64,000 nucleotides of DNA from Fibrobacteria bacterium (lineage in GTDB: Bacteria > Fibrobacterota > Fibrobacteria > UBA11236). The notes below the pieces were generated by a model. That model had not been told where the DNA came from. It did no database searches and saw only the letters and a list, made by a program, of their open reading frames with translations. Each line of letters begins with the position of its first letter. Within the stretch, counting starts at the first letter, position 1. The DNA is taken from the NCBI GenBank assembly GCA_043732185.1, contig JAYTHY010000023.1, forward strand, positions 1 to 64,000. Direction: 5' to 3'. Position numbers and translations under genes: made by a program. Shown piece by piece: positions 19,557-29,482 of the stretch.

Positions 19557-20807
19557 TTGCCCTTCTTGGCCTTCCTTCTGTTTTCGACTCCCTTCGCCAT
19601 ACTTTCAGCATTAGGCCCGGTAGAAGCACATGTGCCCACGCTACTGTGCTGTCTGGGTGTAGCCTTCTGCGCCTATTGGTGGTTCTGCGTCGAAGGCAAA
19701 TTAAGCTTAAGCACACTGCAAGTGATTCTACTGGGAGTGTTTCTTAGACTTTGCTTACTCCCCATGCCTGCCTGCGATGACATGTACCGGTATATTTGGG
19801 AAGGAAAAATTCTCGGCCTAGGCTTCAATCCATTTCAACTGTCCCCGGATTCGCCAGCTCTGGCACATTTTCGCGATTCGAATTGGGCGCTCATCAATCA
19901 TCCGAATCTCCCCACCCTTTATCCACCCGTTGCAGAAGCCATCTTTGCGGTCCTTGCCAGAATCCATCCAACGGAATGGTTTTTTAAATCGGCATTCATC
20001 GCCTTCGATGTGGCGTCTTGCTTGATGCTTCGACGGATTCTTTTAAACCACGAAACCGCCAATGCAGCGACTCGATCCCGCATCTTGGCTATTTATTTCC
20101 TGAATCCATTATTGGTACTGGAAATTGCGGGCCGAGGTCATTTCGACAGTCTGCCTATTTTCTTCAATCTCGTTTTTTTCTGGTCGTTACAAATTGAAAG
20201 AGCAGGATCGCCGATTGCCCTGGCTTTGGGTGCCTTGTCTAAAATCAATTCTCTGGCACTACTGCCCCTGCTATTCTTTCGACTCCCCATTAAACGGGCC
20301 TTGGCATGGAGCCTGGCATTGGGTGCATTAATCTTTGCCTCCTTTCTAGCCACTGGAATGTTCCACATCCTCGGTCGATTCACCACCTATTTTCATTACA
20401 ATAGCATGGTCCCTTTTGTAATTGAAAAAACCCTGCCATTTTTTTCACCCGGCGTCCAAAGGGAAATAGGTTGGTTCCTAATGGCGGTTTGCGCCGCATT
20501 TCTGTTCCTTCGCCTTCTAAATGTCAGCTTAGCGAGGCAAGCACTAGGGTTCATGGGACTATTGCTGGTATTTTCTCCAACGTTGCACTCCTGGTATTTG
20601 CTTTGGATCCTGCCTTTTGCCGCCCTCACTGTTTCGCGGTTCTGGCTGCTGCTCTCAGGCACTATCCTGATCACTTATCTCGTCTACGGTCGCGCCTATG
20701 TTACGGGTCAATGGTTGGAAATCCCGTGGTTAAGGCTCCCTGAATTCCTTCCTCCCATTGCACTATGGCTATTTCTGAAAACCAAAACACCAAGCGTCCA
20801 AGCCTAG
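19557..20807 (+). CDS. Polytopic GT-C membrane glycosyltransferase (GT87/MptB-like)
   Basis: DDMYRYIWEG, TLYPP, NPLLVLEIAGRGHFD, SPTLHSWYLLW, many TM segments. Confidence 0.8.
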   Translation: MPFLAFLLFSTPFAILSALGPVEAHVPTLLCCLGVAFCAYWWFCVEGKLSLSTLQVILLGVFLRLCLLPMPACDDMYRYIWEGKILGLGFNPFQLSPDSPALAHFRDSNWALINHPNLPTLYPPVAEAIFAVLARIHPTEWFFKSAFIAFDVASCLMLRRILLNHETANAATRSRILAIYFLNPLLVLEIAGRGHFDSLPIFFNLVFFWSLQIERAGSPIALALGALSKINSLALLPLLFFRLPIKRALAWSLALGALIFASFLATGMFHILGRFTTYFHYNSMVPFVIEKTLPFFSPGVQREIGWFLMAVCAAFLFLRLLNVSLARQALGFMGLLLVFSPTLHSWYLLWILPFAALTVSRFWLLLSGTILITYLVYGRAYVTGQWLEIPWLRLPEFLPPIALWLFLKTKTPSVQA

Positions 20808-21493
20808 TCCGCGTCATCATCCCCGCGCTCAATGAAGAGTTGGCGATTGTGGCTGTGCTCGGTGCTATCCCGCGGGACATTCACGAAGTTATAGTGGTAG
20901 ACAACGGCAGTACGGACGGAACGGCAGCTGCGGCGCGCAGCCAAAGGGCTACAGTAGTGCACGAACCACAGCGCGGATACGGCGCTGCGTGCTTATGTGG
21001 GATGCGTGCCCTTCACAAGGACACGGATGTCGTGGTATTTTTGGACGGAGACAATAGCGATTACCCGGAAGAAATGTATAGCCTACTAAAACCCATTCAA
21101 ACCAATCAAGCAGACATGGTTATCGGTTCACGGGTGCTGGGCAAACGCGAAAAAGGGGCGTTATTACCGGTGGCTATTTTCGGAAATTGGCTTTCCACTC
21201 GATTGGTCAAATGGGGTTGGGGATTTTCCTATTCGGACCTTGGCCCCTTCCGGGCAATTCGTTATCAATCCCTGTTGGAGCTGGGCATGGCAGACCGTGA
21301 TTTTGGATGGACCATCGAAATGCAATTAAAAGCGTTGAACATGGGCTTACGAGTTTGCGAAGTACCCGTATCATACCGGAAACGCATTGGGGTATCAAAG
21401 ATATCGGGAACCGTACTCGGAAGTTATCGGGCTGGGAAGAAAATCCTTTACCTGATTGGCCGGGAGTGGCTGAAAAAGTCGCGACAAAGTTAG
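20765..21493 (+). CDS. GT2 polyprenol-phosphate sugar synthase-like (DPM1-like) glycosyltransferase
   Basis: IIPALNEE, VVDNGSTD, RGYGAAC, FLDGD, DLGPFRAI, GWTIEMQ. Confidence 0.9.
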   Translation: MAISENQNTKRPSLVRVIIPALNEELAIVAVLGAIPRDIHEVIVVDNGSTDGTAAAARSQRATVVHEPQRGYGAACLCGMRALHKDTDVVVFLDGDNSDYPEEMYSLLKPIQTNQADMVIGSRVLGKREKGALLPVAIFGNWLSTRLVKWGWGFSYSDLGPFRAIRYQSLLELGMADRDFGWTIEMQLKALNMGLRVCEVPVSYRKRIGVSKISGTVLGSYRAGKKILYLIGREWLKKSRQS

Positions 21494-21502
21494 ATTGTAA
21501 CG

Positions 21503-22912
21503 ATGGCCAGAATACTCTATCCCCTTTCCGTAGACCTCAGCGGCAAGCCCGTTCTGGTTGTAGGCGCAGGCGCGGTCGCGGCACGCAAACTGGGTGAATT
21601 GATTCGCTGCGGAGCAGACCTCACGGTAGTTGCTCCAGAATCCAGTTCCGGTGTGGAACGTTATCTGGCAGGATTAAAATTCTTACAGCGACCCTTCCAT
21701 GCTGGAGACGAATTGGGCTATTACCTGGTTTTCGCCTGCACCAATCATCCCGAAGTGAACACACTGGTTGCGAGCTTGTGCCGTAAGGCAAATATTCTTT
21801 GTAACCGGGCCGATGACAGCGAGGCAGCCAGTTTCCACGTACCCGGTGTGCTACGTCAAGGGTCGGTTACCGTAACCGTCAGCACCGGAGGTGCCGCTCC
21901 GGGCCTAACCCGCCTGTTGAAGCGCAGCCTTTCCCAGTCCATTGGCGTGGAAGTGGCACTGTTAGCAGACCTAATCGGTGAATTTAGGCAAGCGCTCCGA
22001 TCAGGATCCAAAGCCTCCGAGTCCGCCGTCATTCTGGAACGGCTTCCCTACCGAAATCTTTTGGAGAATATCAAAAATATTGGGGCACCGGCCGTCAAAG
22101 CCTATCTCCACAAATTGCTTCTCGCTGATCCGCAAGACATGCACAGTTTGACGACTGCAACAGTCTCCCCTGGCTTGTCCCCCACCTCAGCCGACCCAAC
22201 TATTCCGATCCATCCCGTGTTTTTAGTCGGAGCGGGGCCAGGACATCCGGGATTGCTAACGCAGCTGGCTGCAGAAACTCTGCGCAAAGCCGAGGTTATC
22301 CTACATGACCGGCTCATTCCAGAAGAAATATTGCACCTGGCGCCACCGGATTGCCAATTGATCCCGGCTGGTAAACGCGGTCATTTCGAATCTGCTCGAC
22401 AAGAGGAAATTGAGACACAAATGGTGCGTGCAGCCCTCGATGGAAAACGAGTGGTGCGACTGAAAGGTGGCGACCCTTTTTTATTCGGCCGGGGTTGGGA
22501 AGAAGTTTTGGCATTGGAAGCCCATGGCATTCCCTGGTCGGTTATTCCCGGCGTCAGCTCTACAACGGCCGCCCCGGCTTGGGCCGGTATTCCACTCACT
22601 CACCGTGGGGTGGCCAGGTCTTATGCCGTCATGTCCGGCATGGCCTATTCTAAAACCAATACGGAAATTCCGCATGCAGATACCATTGTGCTGGTGATGG
22701 GTTTGCAACGCCTCGCGGAAATCGTTCCTACTTTTATAAGCCAGGGCTGGGAGGCCAATACGCCTGTGGCAGCCATTCAAAACGCCACCATGCCGGATCA
22801 ACGGGTATGCCGTTCTACGCTGTCCCGCATTGGTGAAGAAACCGCCCGCCTGGGATTTGACTCTCCCACTTTGCTCGTAATCGGCAAGGTAGTGGGCCTC
22901 TCCCAGCGGTAA
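21503..22912 (+). CDS. cysG: Siroheme synthase (precorrin-2 dehydrogenase/ferrochelatase fused to uroporphyrinogen-III C-methyltransferase)
   Basis: VLVVGAGAVAARK, VSTGGAAP, LVGAGPG, RLKGGDPFLFGRG, GIPLTHRG. Confidence 0.9.
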   Translation: MARILYPLSVDLSGKPVLVVGAGAVAARKLGELIRCGADLTVVAPESSSGVERYLAGLKFLQRPFHAGDELGYYLVFACTNHPEVNTLVASLCRKANILCNRADDSEAASFHVPGVLRQGSVTVTVSTGGAAPGLTRLLKRSLSQSIGVEVALLADLIGEFRQALRSGSKASESAVILERLPYRNLLENIKNIGAPAVKAYLHKLLLADPQDMHSLTTATVSPGLSPTSADPTIPIHPVFLVGAGPGHPGLLTQLAAETLRKAEVILHDRLIPEEILHLAPPDCQLIPAGKRGHFESARQEEIETQMVRAALDGKRVVRLKGGDPFLFGRGWEEVLALEAHGIPWSVIPGVSSTTAAPAWAGIPLTHRGVARSYAVMSGMAYSKTNTEIPHADTIVLVMGLQRLAEIVPTFISQGWEANTPVAAIQNATMPDQRVCRSTLSRIGEETARLGFDSPTLLVIGKVVGLSQR

Positions 22913-22945
22913 GACTTAAAGTCTCTTACTACCTTTACCCGCATC

Positions 22946-25027
22946 ATGGATAAGCCCAAAACCTTCTATATCACTACGCCCATCTACTATGTCAACGACA
23001 CGCCCCATATTGGGCACGCCTACACTACTATCCTAGCGGACGTTCTCACGCGTTTTCACAAACTGGCTGGTGACGAAACCTTCTTTCTCACGGGAACGGA
23101 CGAGCACGGGCAAAAGGTACAGCAAGCTGCCGATAAGCGCGGTATGCCCCCGCAGGAGCATTGCGATCTGTACTCGCGCCGGTTCCTGGAGGCTTGGGAG
23201 AAGTTGAATATCGGCTTCGACCAATTCATCCGCACCACCGACCCCAAACATGTCCATTTTGTGCAAGATGTGCTTAAAACCTTGTGGGACAAGGGGCAGA
23301 TTTATGAACAGGAATATGAAGGTTGGTATTCGGTAGGTGAAGAGCGGTTTTTTACTGAAAAGGAACTGGTGGACGGCAAGGATCCTATCAGTGGAAGACC
23401 CGTGGAAAAAATCCGCGAGAAAAATTATTTCTTTAAAATGTCGGCCTATCAAACTTGGCTGATTGAGTACATCAATACGCATCCGGATTTTATCCTGCCC
23501 GAATTCCGGCGCAATGAAGTGCTGGGCTTCTTACGACAACCTTTGAATGACCTGTGCATCAGCCGTCCCAAAGCCAGGCTTTCCTGGGGCATCACCTTGC
23601 CCTTTGATCCCGATTATGTAGCCTATGTTTGGGTGGACGCGCTTTTCAATTATCAAAGCGGCGTATCCGAGCGATCTTTTCCAAGCGGACAACCCATCTG
23701 GCCCGCAGACTTTCATCTCATCGGAAAAGATATTCTGACTACACATGCCGTTTACTGGACCACGATGCTCAAAGCCCTCGACTGCCCCATGCCTAAGCAC
23801 ATCCTGGCGCATGGCTGGTGGCTTTTCGACAATGCCCGCATGAGCAAGACAACAGGAAATGTGGTCAATCCCTTGGACATGAAAGATGTGTACGGCGTGG
23901 ATGCCTTTCGGTATTTCTTGATTCGCGAAATGGTGGTTGGCCAAGACGCCTCCTTCAACGAAGTGGCCCTTGTCAATCGCATCAACTCGGATTTGGCGAA
24001 TGATGTGGGTAATGGCCTGAGCCGTATTTTAAAACTCGCGGCCACGGGACTGGAAAGTCGGCTCCACCCGGTAGCTTCACCGGACGGCCAGGAAGCGCAG
24101 TTGAAACAATGCGCGGAAGAGACCATCCTGTCCACTTTGGAAAAGGTACGCAGTTTAAAGCTTTCCTTTGCCGTCGAGGACACGCTAAAATTAATCCGGG
24201 CCGTGAACCGCTACCTGGAGGTCAAGGCACCTTGGAAATTGGCGAAGGAAGGGCCCGCCGGTCGCGAACGTTTGAATAGCGTCCTCTACCATGCTGCGGA
24301 AGCCCTGCGTATCGGGTTCCATCTTCTCCACCCCATCATGCCCGCGAAAATGGAAACGGCCTTGACTGCCCTTGGCATTCCCTTCCCGGAAACGGACGTT
24401 GGACACGCCACTCCCCTAGCATGGGGTGCGTGGCAGGCAGAACAGCCCTTGGCCTCCAGTCTCAACTTATTCCCAAGAATCGAAAAACCAGAAAAACCAA
24501 TTCCGGATCCAGCAGCCACCGGCAAGGACAAGACGTCCTCTCCGGGTACAGATGCGGATCCCTTCTCCCTGGTTCATTTAAAAGTCGCCACTATTGAATC
24601 GGTTGAGGACCACCCGAACGCGGATGCGCTGTATGTTCTTCGCCTACGCATCGGGGAGGAAGTGCGTACCGTGTGTGCCGGACTCAAAAAATATTTGACT
24701 CCGCAAGAACTGTTGGGCCGCAACGTGGTCCTTGTGTATAATCTTAAGCCCGCCAATTTACGTGGGGTGGAAAGCCATGGCATGATTCTGGCCGCAGAAG
24801 CGGATAATGGCACACTCATTACCGTCGTTCCGGATCAGGGTCAATCGGGACAGGATATCCAGGCAGAAGGCCTAGCGTTTACTCCCAAAGCGGTTCTGAC
24901 CATGAAGGAATTCAGCCGCGCCCCACTGGAGGTCAAAGCAGGTAAGGTTTGCTATGGAGAGCGCCCCTTGCATTCCGCTCAAGGTGCCCTATTGGCTAGG
25001 GTCCCTGATGGCACTGCGGTGCGTTAA
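22946..25027 (+). CDS. metG: Methionine--tRNA ligase with C-terminal tRNA-binding (EMAP/Trbp111) domain
   Basis: ITTPIYY, HIGH, GTDEHG, IGKDI, RMSKT, HPNADAL...NLKPA...SHGMIL. Confidence 0.97.
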   Translation: MDKPKTFYITTPIYYVNDTPHIGHAYTTILADVLTRFHKLAGDETFFLTGTDEHGQKVQQAADKRGMPPQEHCDLYSRRFLEAWEKLNIGFDQFIRTTDPKHVHFVQDVLKTLWDKGQIYEQEYEGWYSVGEERFFTEKELVDGKDPISGRPVEKIREKNYFFKMSAYQTWLIEYINTHPDFILPEFRRNEVLGFLRQPLNDLCISRPKARLSWGITLPFDPDYVAYVWVDALFNYQSGVSERSFPSGQPIWPADFHLIGKDILTTHAVYWTTMLKALDCPMPKHILAHGWWLFDNARMSKTTGNVVNPLDMKDVYGVDAFRYFLIREMVVGQDASFNEVALVNRINSDLANDVGNGLSRILKLAATGLESRLHPVASPDGQEAQLKQCAEETILSTLEKVRSLKLSFAVEDTLKLIRAVNRYLEVKAPWKLAKEGPAGRERLNSVLYHAAEALRIGFHLLHPIMPAKMETALTALGIPFPETDVGHATPLAWGAWQAEQPLASSLNLFPRIEKPEKPIPDPAATGKDKTSSPGTDADPFSLVHLKVATIESVEDHPNADALYVLRLRIGEEVRTVCAGLKKYLTPQELLGRNVVLVYNLKPANLRGVESHGMILAAEADNGTLITVVPDQGQSGQDIQAEGLAFTPKAVLTMKEFSRAPLEVKAGKVCYGERPLHSAQGALLARVPDGTAVR

Positions 25028-25201
25028 ATCAAGCCCACAGCCACACGATCAGGCGTTCCCAGGGATTTCAGCCCTATGGATTCTCTTCATTTACATTCCC
25101 TTCATTTGGCATTCCCTTCACAATATCTATTTTGAGATCCAATTCCATTGGATATTCTCAATTCCTATGGCTGTGCCACTTAACAGAAACGGTTTCCTCG
25201 G

Positions 25202-26680
25202 ATGAACAACGACTCTAAACCGGACTCTAATCCGGACTCGGTTCCGGACACTTCGTCCCCAATGCCGGATACGTCCTCGCCTTATCATCAGACTTCCGTT
25301 CGCATCATTGAACCCCAGCCTCCCCTGCCCGACCTTAATTTGAACGATTTGGCGCCTACTTTGCAGGATGTCATTCGTAAGAACGGCTGGAGCGATCTCA
25401 TGCTCGTGCAAAAAAAAGCCAGCCCTTATATTATTAATGCGCAGGACATCATCGTCCAATCCAAAACCGGATCGGGTAAAACGGGTGCATTCCTCTTGCC
25501 TCTTTTGCAAGTGATTGAAAAATCCCATAATAATCCGCAAGTGTTGATCATGACGCCCACGCGTGAATTGGCATTACAAGTTTTCGAAGAAACCGTAAAA
25601 TTCGGCGCGCCCCTAGGCATCAGTTCAGTGGCTGTGTATGGCGGTGTGGGCTACGGCCCGCAGCTCGACGCATTCAAACGCGGCGTGCATATCGTGGTTG
25701 GAACGCCAGGACGCTTGCTGGATCATATCATGCAAGGCAACCTCAACCTAAAATCCATTCGGGATTTGGTTCTGGATGAAGCCGATGAAATGCTTTCCAT
25801 GGGTTTCTACCCGGATATGAAACGCATCCACGGCTTGCTCCCAAAGGATAGGTGCACGTATCTTTTTTCCGCGACCATGCCCGTCAATGTCAAGCGCCTT
25901 GCGCAAGAGTTCATGCGCGGACCCAAATTCCTAAGCCTCTGTCCCACTGACATTTCCGTATCCAATATGGAGCATGTCTATTATGTGGTAGAACCACAGG
26001 ACAAGGATAAAACGTTGTTGCGACTTATCGAACAGGAAAATCCCGAGTCTGCCATCATCTTCTGCAATACTCGGCGGGACACCAGCTATATCCATGAGTA
26101 TCTGCGAGCCCGCGGACTCAAGGTGGGGCTTATCTCCGGCGAAGTCAATCAAAAGCAGCGACAAAAGGTGATGAAGGAGCTCAAGGCAAATTCCATCCGC
26201 TTTTTGGTGGCTACGGATGTCGCCGCTCGCGGGATCGATATCCAGGGGCTATCCCATGTCTTCATGTACGATCATCCGGATGATCCGGAAGTGTATGTCC
26301 ATCGCTCCGGCCGCACGGCGCGCGCGGGTGCTTCGGGCCAGGCCATATCCGTGGTAGGATTGGTAGAGGAAATGGCGCTGCGCAATACGGCCACCAAATT
26401 TGATATTCCTTTCATCAAAAAAACGTTGAAGCCGGAGAAGGCTTTGGAAGACATTGTTCGCGAACGCACCACCGTGTATTTGGAACAGGAATTTCGGCAA
26501 CTGCGCCAATCGGATCAAAATGGCGCGCGCCGAATGGTGCCTTTGATAGACGCGCTAATCAGCTCCGAAGAGGAAAAGATGGCCCTGGGAATGATCCTGC
26601 ACAAATTCTATTGGACCCATTTCACGGGTCTTTCCGAACCTTTGGCCCGGGATGATGAAGAGGAGTCGCCGCTACCGTAG
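25202..26680 (+). CDS. DEAD-box RNA helicase
   Basis: TGSGKT, PTRELA, TPGR, DEAD, SAT, ARGID, HRSGRTAR. Confidence 0.95.
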   Translation: MNNDSKPDSNPDSVPDTSSPMPDTSSPYHQTSVRIIEPQPPLPDLNLNDLAPTLQDVIRKNGWSDLMLVQKKASPYIINAQDIIVQSKTGSGKTGAFLLPLLQVIEKSHNNPQVLIMTPTRELALQVFEETVKFGAPLGISSVAVYGGVGYGPQLDAFKRGVHIVVGTPGRLLDHIMQGNLNLKSIRDLVLDEADEMLSMGFYPDMKRIHGLLPKDRCTYLFSATMPVNVKRLAQEFMRGPKFLSLCPTDISVSNMEHVYYVVEPQDKDKTLLRLIEQENPESAIIFCNTRRDTSYIHEYLRARGLKVGLISGEVNQKQRQKVMKELKANSIRFLVATDVAARGIDIQGLSHVFMYDHPDDPEVYVHRSGRTARAGASGQAISVVGLVEEMALRNTATKFDIPFIKKTLKPEKALEDIVRERTTVYLEQEFRQLRQSDQNGARRMVPLIDALISSEEEKMALGMILHKFYWTHFTGLSEPLARDDEEESPLP

Positions 26681-26765
26681 TCAAAATCCCAGGAGCTACC
26701 CCACCTCGCCCTTGTAAGTCCGAGTGGCACGGTTGTACAGGGTTTGGCTACTCCATAGGGTTTGG

Positions 26766-26990
26766 CTATTGCGGAGGATTCCCTTTTCGCAAGGCTTCCG
26801 CTAATTTCTCTTTCACAACGCCGCAATTGGCATCTATTTTAAGCGCCCGCTCATAATGACGAATGGCATTGGGAATATTGCCTTGTAACAGTTCGAAATC
26901 GCCCATACGCGCGGATTCTGAACAATCCTGCCGACATGCGGAAATCAGCAGCCATCCGAGTCCCAAACCAAGCAAAGTGAACTTTTTCAT
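26766..26990 (-). CDS. Small lipoprotein with a single TPR-like motif
   Basis: AGGAG RBS. MKK followed by a hydrophobic stretch and ISAC lipobox. TPR-like GNIPNAIRHYERALKID. Confidence 0.8.
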   Translation of the reverse strand: MKKFTLLGLGLGWLLISACRQDCSESARMGDFELLQGNIPNAIRHYERALKIDANCGVVKEKLAEALRKGNPPQ

Positions 26991-27110
26991 TCGGTACTCT
27001 CCTGTTTAATAATATAATCCAACGATTTACCTGGGTAAGCGGGTAAATGGAATGCCAGGAGAATATTTTGTTAAATTTGCAAACACATCCCGGCCACGCA
27101 TGAAGTGAGT

Positions 27111-27863
27111 ATGAGCATTAAAATAAAATCGGAAAAGGAAATTGGATTGATGCGGGATTCCTGTCGTTTGGCGGCTGAAATTCTCGCTAGGGCTGAAGAA
27201 ATGGTTAAACCTGGTATTAGTACGGACGATATCAATCGGTTTGTCCATGACTATACCGTGAAAAACGGCGCTTATCCTTCCCCACTCAATTATCATGGTT
27301 TTCCAAAATCGGTTTGCACCTCCGTAAACAATGTGGTGTGCCATGGCATCCCGGGACGGCAGATTCTTATGGAAGGCGATATCATCAATGTGGATGTGAC
27401 CTGCACCCTGGCCGGGTATTATGGGGACACCTCCAAGACAATTTTCGTCGGCAAAAGTTCTGAAAAGGCCAAGCACTTGGTTGATGTCACTTACCGTTGC
27501 CTTGAAGAAGGCATTGCCGTGGCATTTGCAGGTAATTATTTCGGAGACATTGGATCCGCGATTCAAGACCTTGCGGACGAACACGGGTTTGGAGTGGTAC
27601 GCGAGTTTTGTGGCCATGGCATTGGCCGTGCTTTCCATGAAGACCCCATGGTACTGCATTATCGCTCAGGGGGCCGAGGTCAGCGCATTACGGAGGGAAT
27701 GGTTTTTACCATTGAACCTATGCTGAATGAAGGTAATGCCGATGTATACGTTGCCGATGATGGCTGGACGGTTTTTACTAAGGACGGAAAACTCTCTGCA
27801 CAGTTTGAGCATACCCTAGCCATGACTCGCAACGGACCGGAAGTCCTGACAAAATACTTCTGA
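27111..27863 (+). CDS. map: Type I methionine aminopeptidase
   Basis: CTSVNNVVCHGIP, INVDVT, GDTS, GHGIG, TIEPM, SAQFEHT. Confidence 0.97.
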   Translation: MSIKIKSEKEIGLMRDSCRLAAEILARAEEMVKPGISTDDINRFVHDYTVKNGAYPSPLNYHGFPKSVCTSVNNVVCHGIPGRQILMEGDIINVDVTCTLAGYYGDTSKTIFVGKSSEKAKHLVDVTYRCLEEGIAVAFAGNYFGDIGSAIQDLADEHGFGVVREFCGHGIGRAFHEDPMVLHYRSGGRGQRITEGMVFTIEPMLNEGNADVYVADDGWTVFTKDGKLSAQFEHTLAMTRNGPEVLTKYF

Positions 27864-27877
27864 GCAACCGACGCGGG

Positions 27878-28393
27878 TTAGTCGTCTTCTTCATCCGCCT
27901 CATCTATGATTGGGAACGAAGCCATACTGAGGTCTTCACCCTTTTCCCCTAACTTCCGTTTGAACCGGTACAAATCATCTAAGCGCACATGGAAGCCCTT
28001 GGCATCATCGTCGGTAATGCCATTCAGAATGAGGAATTCACAAACCTCAATCGCTTTGTCGATATTTTTTTGGTTTTGAAAAAACGTGATCAAGGCCTTG
28101 GCTTGCGTGGCAATGAACTTGGGATTGTAGCCAAACTGACGAATCGTTTGGCGCAGAAAGCCAAGTGAAAATTCCGCCAGCATTTCCTTGTTCATGGTGG
28201 ACTTGCTTTCCTTGATCTTAAATGTCAGAAGATCGAGAAACTCATGGGCCACCGAAACTTTTTCAAAGAACTGCGCATCCGATTTCTGGTATTCGGAAAA
28301 CTTGGTTAAAGCTCCAGGATTGTCGCCATTCAGCTCAGATAAAAGTGCTTCCAAAACACCGTCTTTTTCGGAACCAGCCGCCTCTTTAGCCAT
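27878..28393 (-). CDS. Hypothetical helical protein with an acidic C-terminal tail
   Basis: 171 aa ORF, AAGGGGA RBS, no recognised motif. Confidence 0.75.
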   Translation of the reverse strand: MAKEAAGSEKDGVLEALLSELNGDNPGALTKFSEYQKSDAQFFEKVSVAHEFLDLLTFKIKESKSTMNKEMLAEFSLGFLRQTIRQFGYNPKFIATQAKALITFFQNQKNIDKAIEVCEFLILNGITDDDAKGFHVRLDDLYRFKRKLGEKGEDLSMASFPIIDEADEEDD

Positions 28394-28534
28394 TTATAAA
28401 ATCCCCTTAATTTCCCGCAAAGTTAGGCAATAGAAGCCGTTTCGAGTATCCTTCACTTGTTTAAGCATAAGATTTTCCGGTTTCATAACCGGCTAGAGGC
28501 CCTATGAAAGCCGTTGTTTACTGCCTGCATCAAC

Positions 28535-29482
28535 TTAAATTTCCTCAATACCAGAAATTGCGCCTGGCTCTGGCACCTGGGCACTGAGTTTTGGAGCTAG
28601 CAGCTCGGGCGAAATAGAACGCAGTACGGCCAGCATTTCCGTGGCCCCATTGAAGCGATTGTCCCGCTTGCCCTGAAGCGCTTTAACGATAAAATCGTTC
28701 CAGGCTTTGGGCACCGTTGGGCTATGATCGATGGGCATGCCGGTAAACATGTCCGGTTTTTCCCGCGCCCGGGTTTGAAATATTTTTTCCGGGCGTTCGA
28801 CCTTTACGGGCAGAAAACCTAAGGTTAATTCCAACAGAACACAACCCAAAGAGAAAAGATCGGCCCTACCGTCTACGACTTCGCCTCGGGCTTGCTCCGG
28901 TGACACATAAAGCGGCGAACCCAAAATAAAAGCTTTCTCTTCTTCATATTCAGTATGGTATACGGCTGCCAATCCAAAATCCGCCAACATGCATTTACGA
29001 CTTTTTTCCACCCAAAGAATGTTTTCCGGTTTGATGTCCCGATGGATAATCCCCTCGGAATGGGCAAACTCCAACGCCTCCAAAACTTGGCCGGCCACCA
29101 AAATGAGCTCTTCCATGCTGGGCAGTCGTTTACGCGGTAAAGGGTGCTTCTTTTTTTGCTTAAGCCATTGACTGAGTGCCACTCCGTCCACTAGTTGCAT
29201 GACGAAATACATATAATCCGGATGCTCGCCGTAATCAAAAATTGGAATGATATGCGGATGAAGGAGATTGGCCACCAAAACGGCCTCTTGTTGAAATCGG
29301 TCCTCCGTAAAAAGTTTGTTCAGGCGGTTTCTAAACACCACTTTTACGGCAACGGGTCGGCTTAAGGTATTTTGAAATCCGCGGTAAACGACTCCCATAC
29401 TACCTTGGCCAATTTTCTGAAGCAGGGTAACTGTACCCAAGTTTTGGCCGGTTAAATCGGGTAGGTCGCGAGTCTTGGACAT
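28535..29482 (-). CDS. Cytoplasmic Hanks-type Ser/Thr protein kinase
   Basis: GQGSMG, VAVK, HRDIKPEN, DFG, SPE, DLFSLG. No TM or sensor domain. Confidence 0.93.
   Translation of the reverse strand: MSKTRDLPDLTGQNLGTVTLLQKIGQGSMGVVYRGFQNTLSRPVAVKVVFRNRLNKLFTEDRFQQEAVLVANLLHPHIIPIFDYGEHPDYMYFVMQLVDGVALSQWLKQKKKHPLPRKRLPSMEELILVAGQVLEALEFAHSEGIIHRDIKPENILWVEKSRKCMLADFGLAAVYHTEYEEEKAFILGSPLYVSPEQARGEVVDGRADLFSLGCVLLELTLGFLPVKVERPEKIFQTRAREKPDMFTGMPIDHSPTVPKAWNDFIVKALQGKRDNRFNGATEMLAVLRSISPELLAPKLSAQVPEPGAISGIEEI

Noticed and set aside
25211..25282. PDS/PDT micro-repeats at the helicase N-terminus
   Set aside because: Low-complexity disordered leader, common and uninformative.
26739..26768. 12 bp direct repeat AGGGTTTGGCTA at 26739 and 26757
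   Set aside because: Most simply a small local duplication at a stop codon, with no further copies seen.
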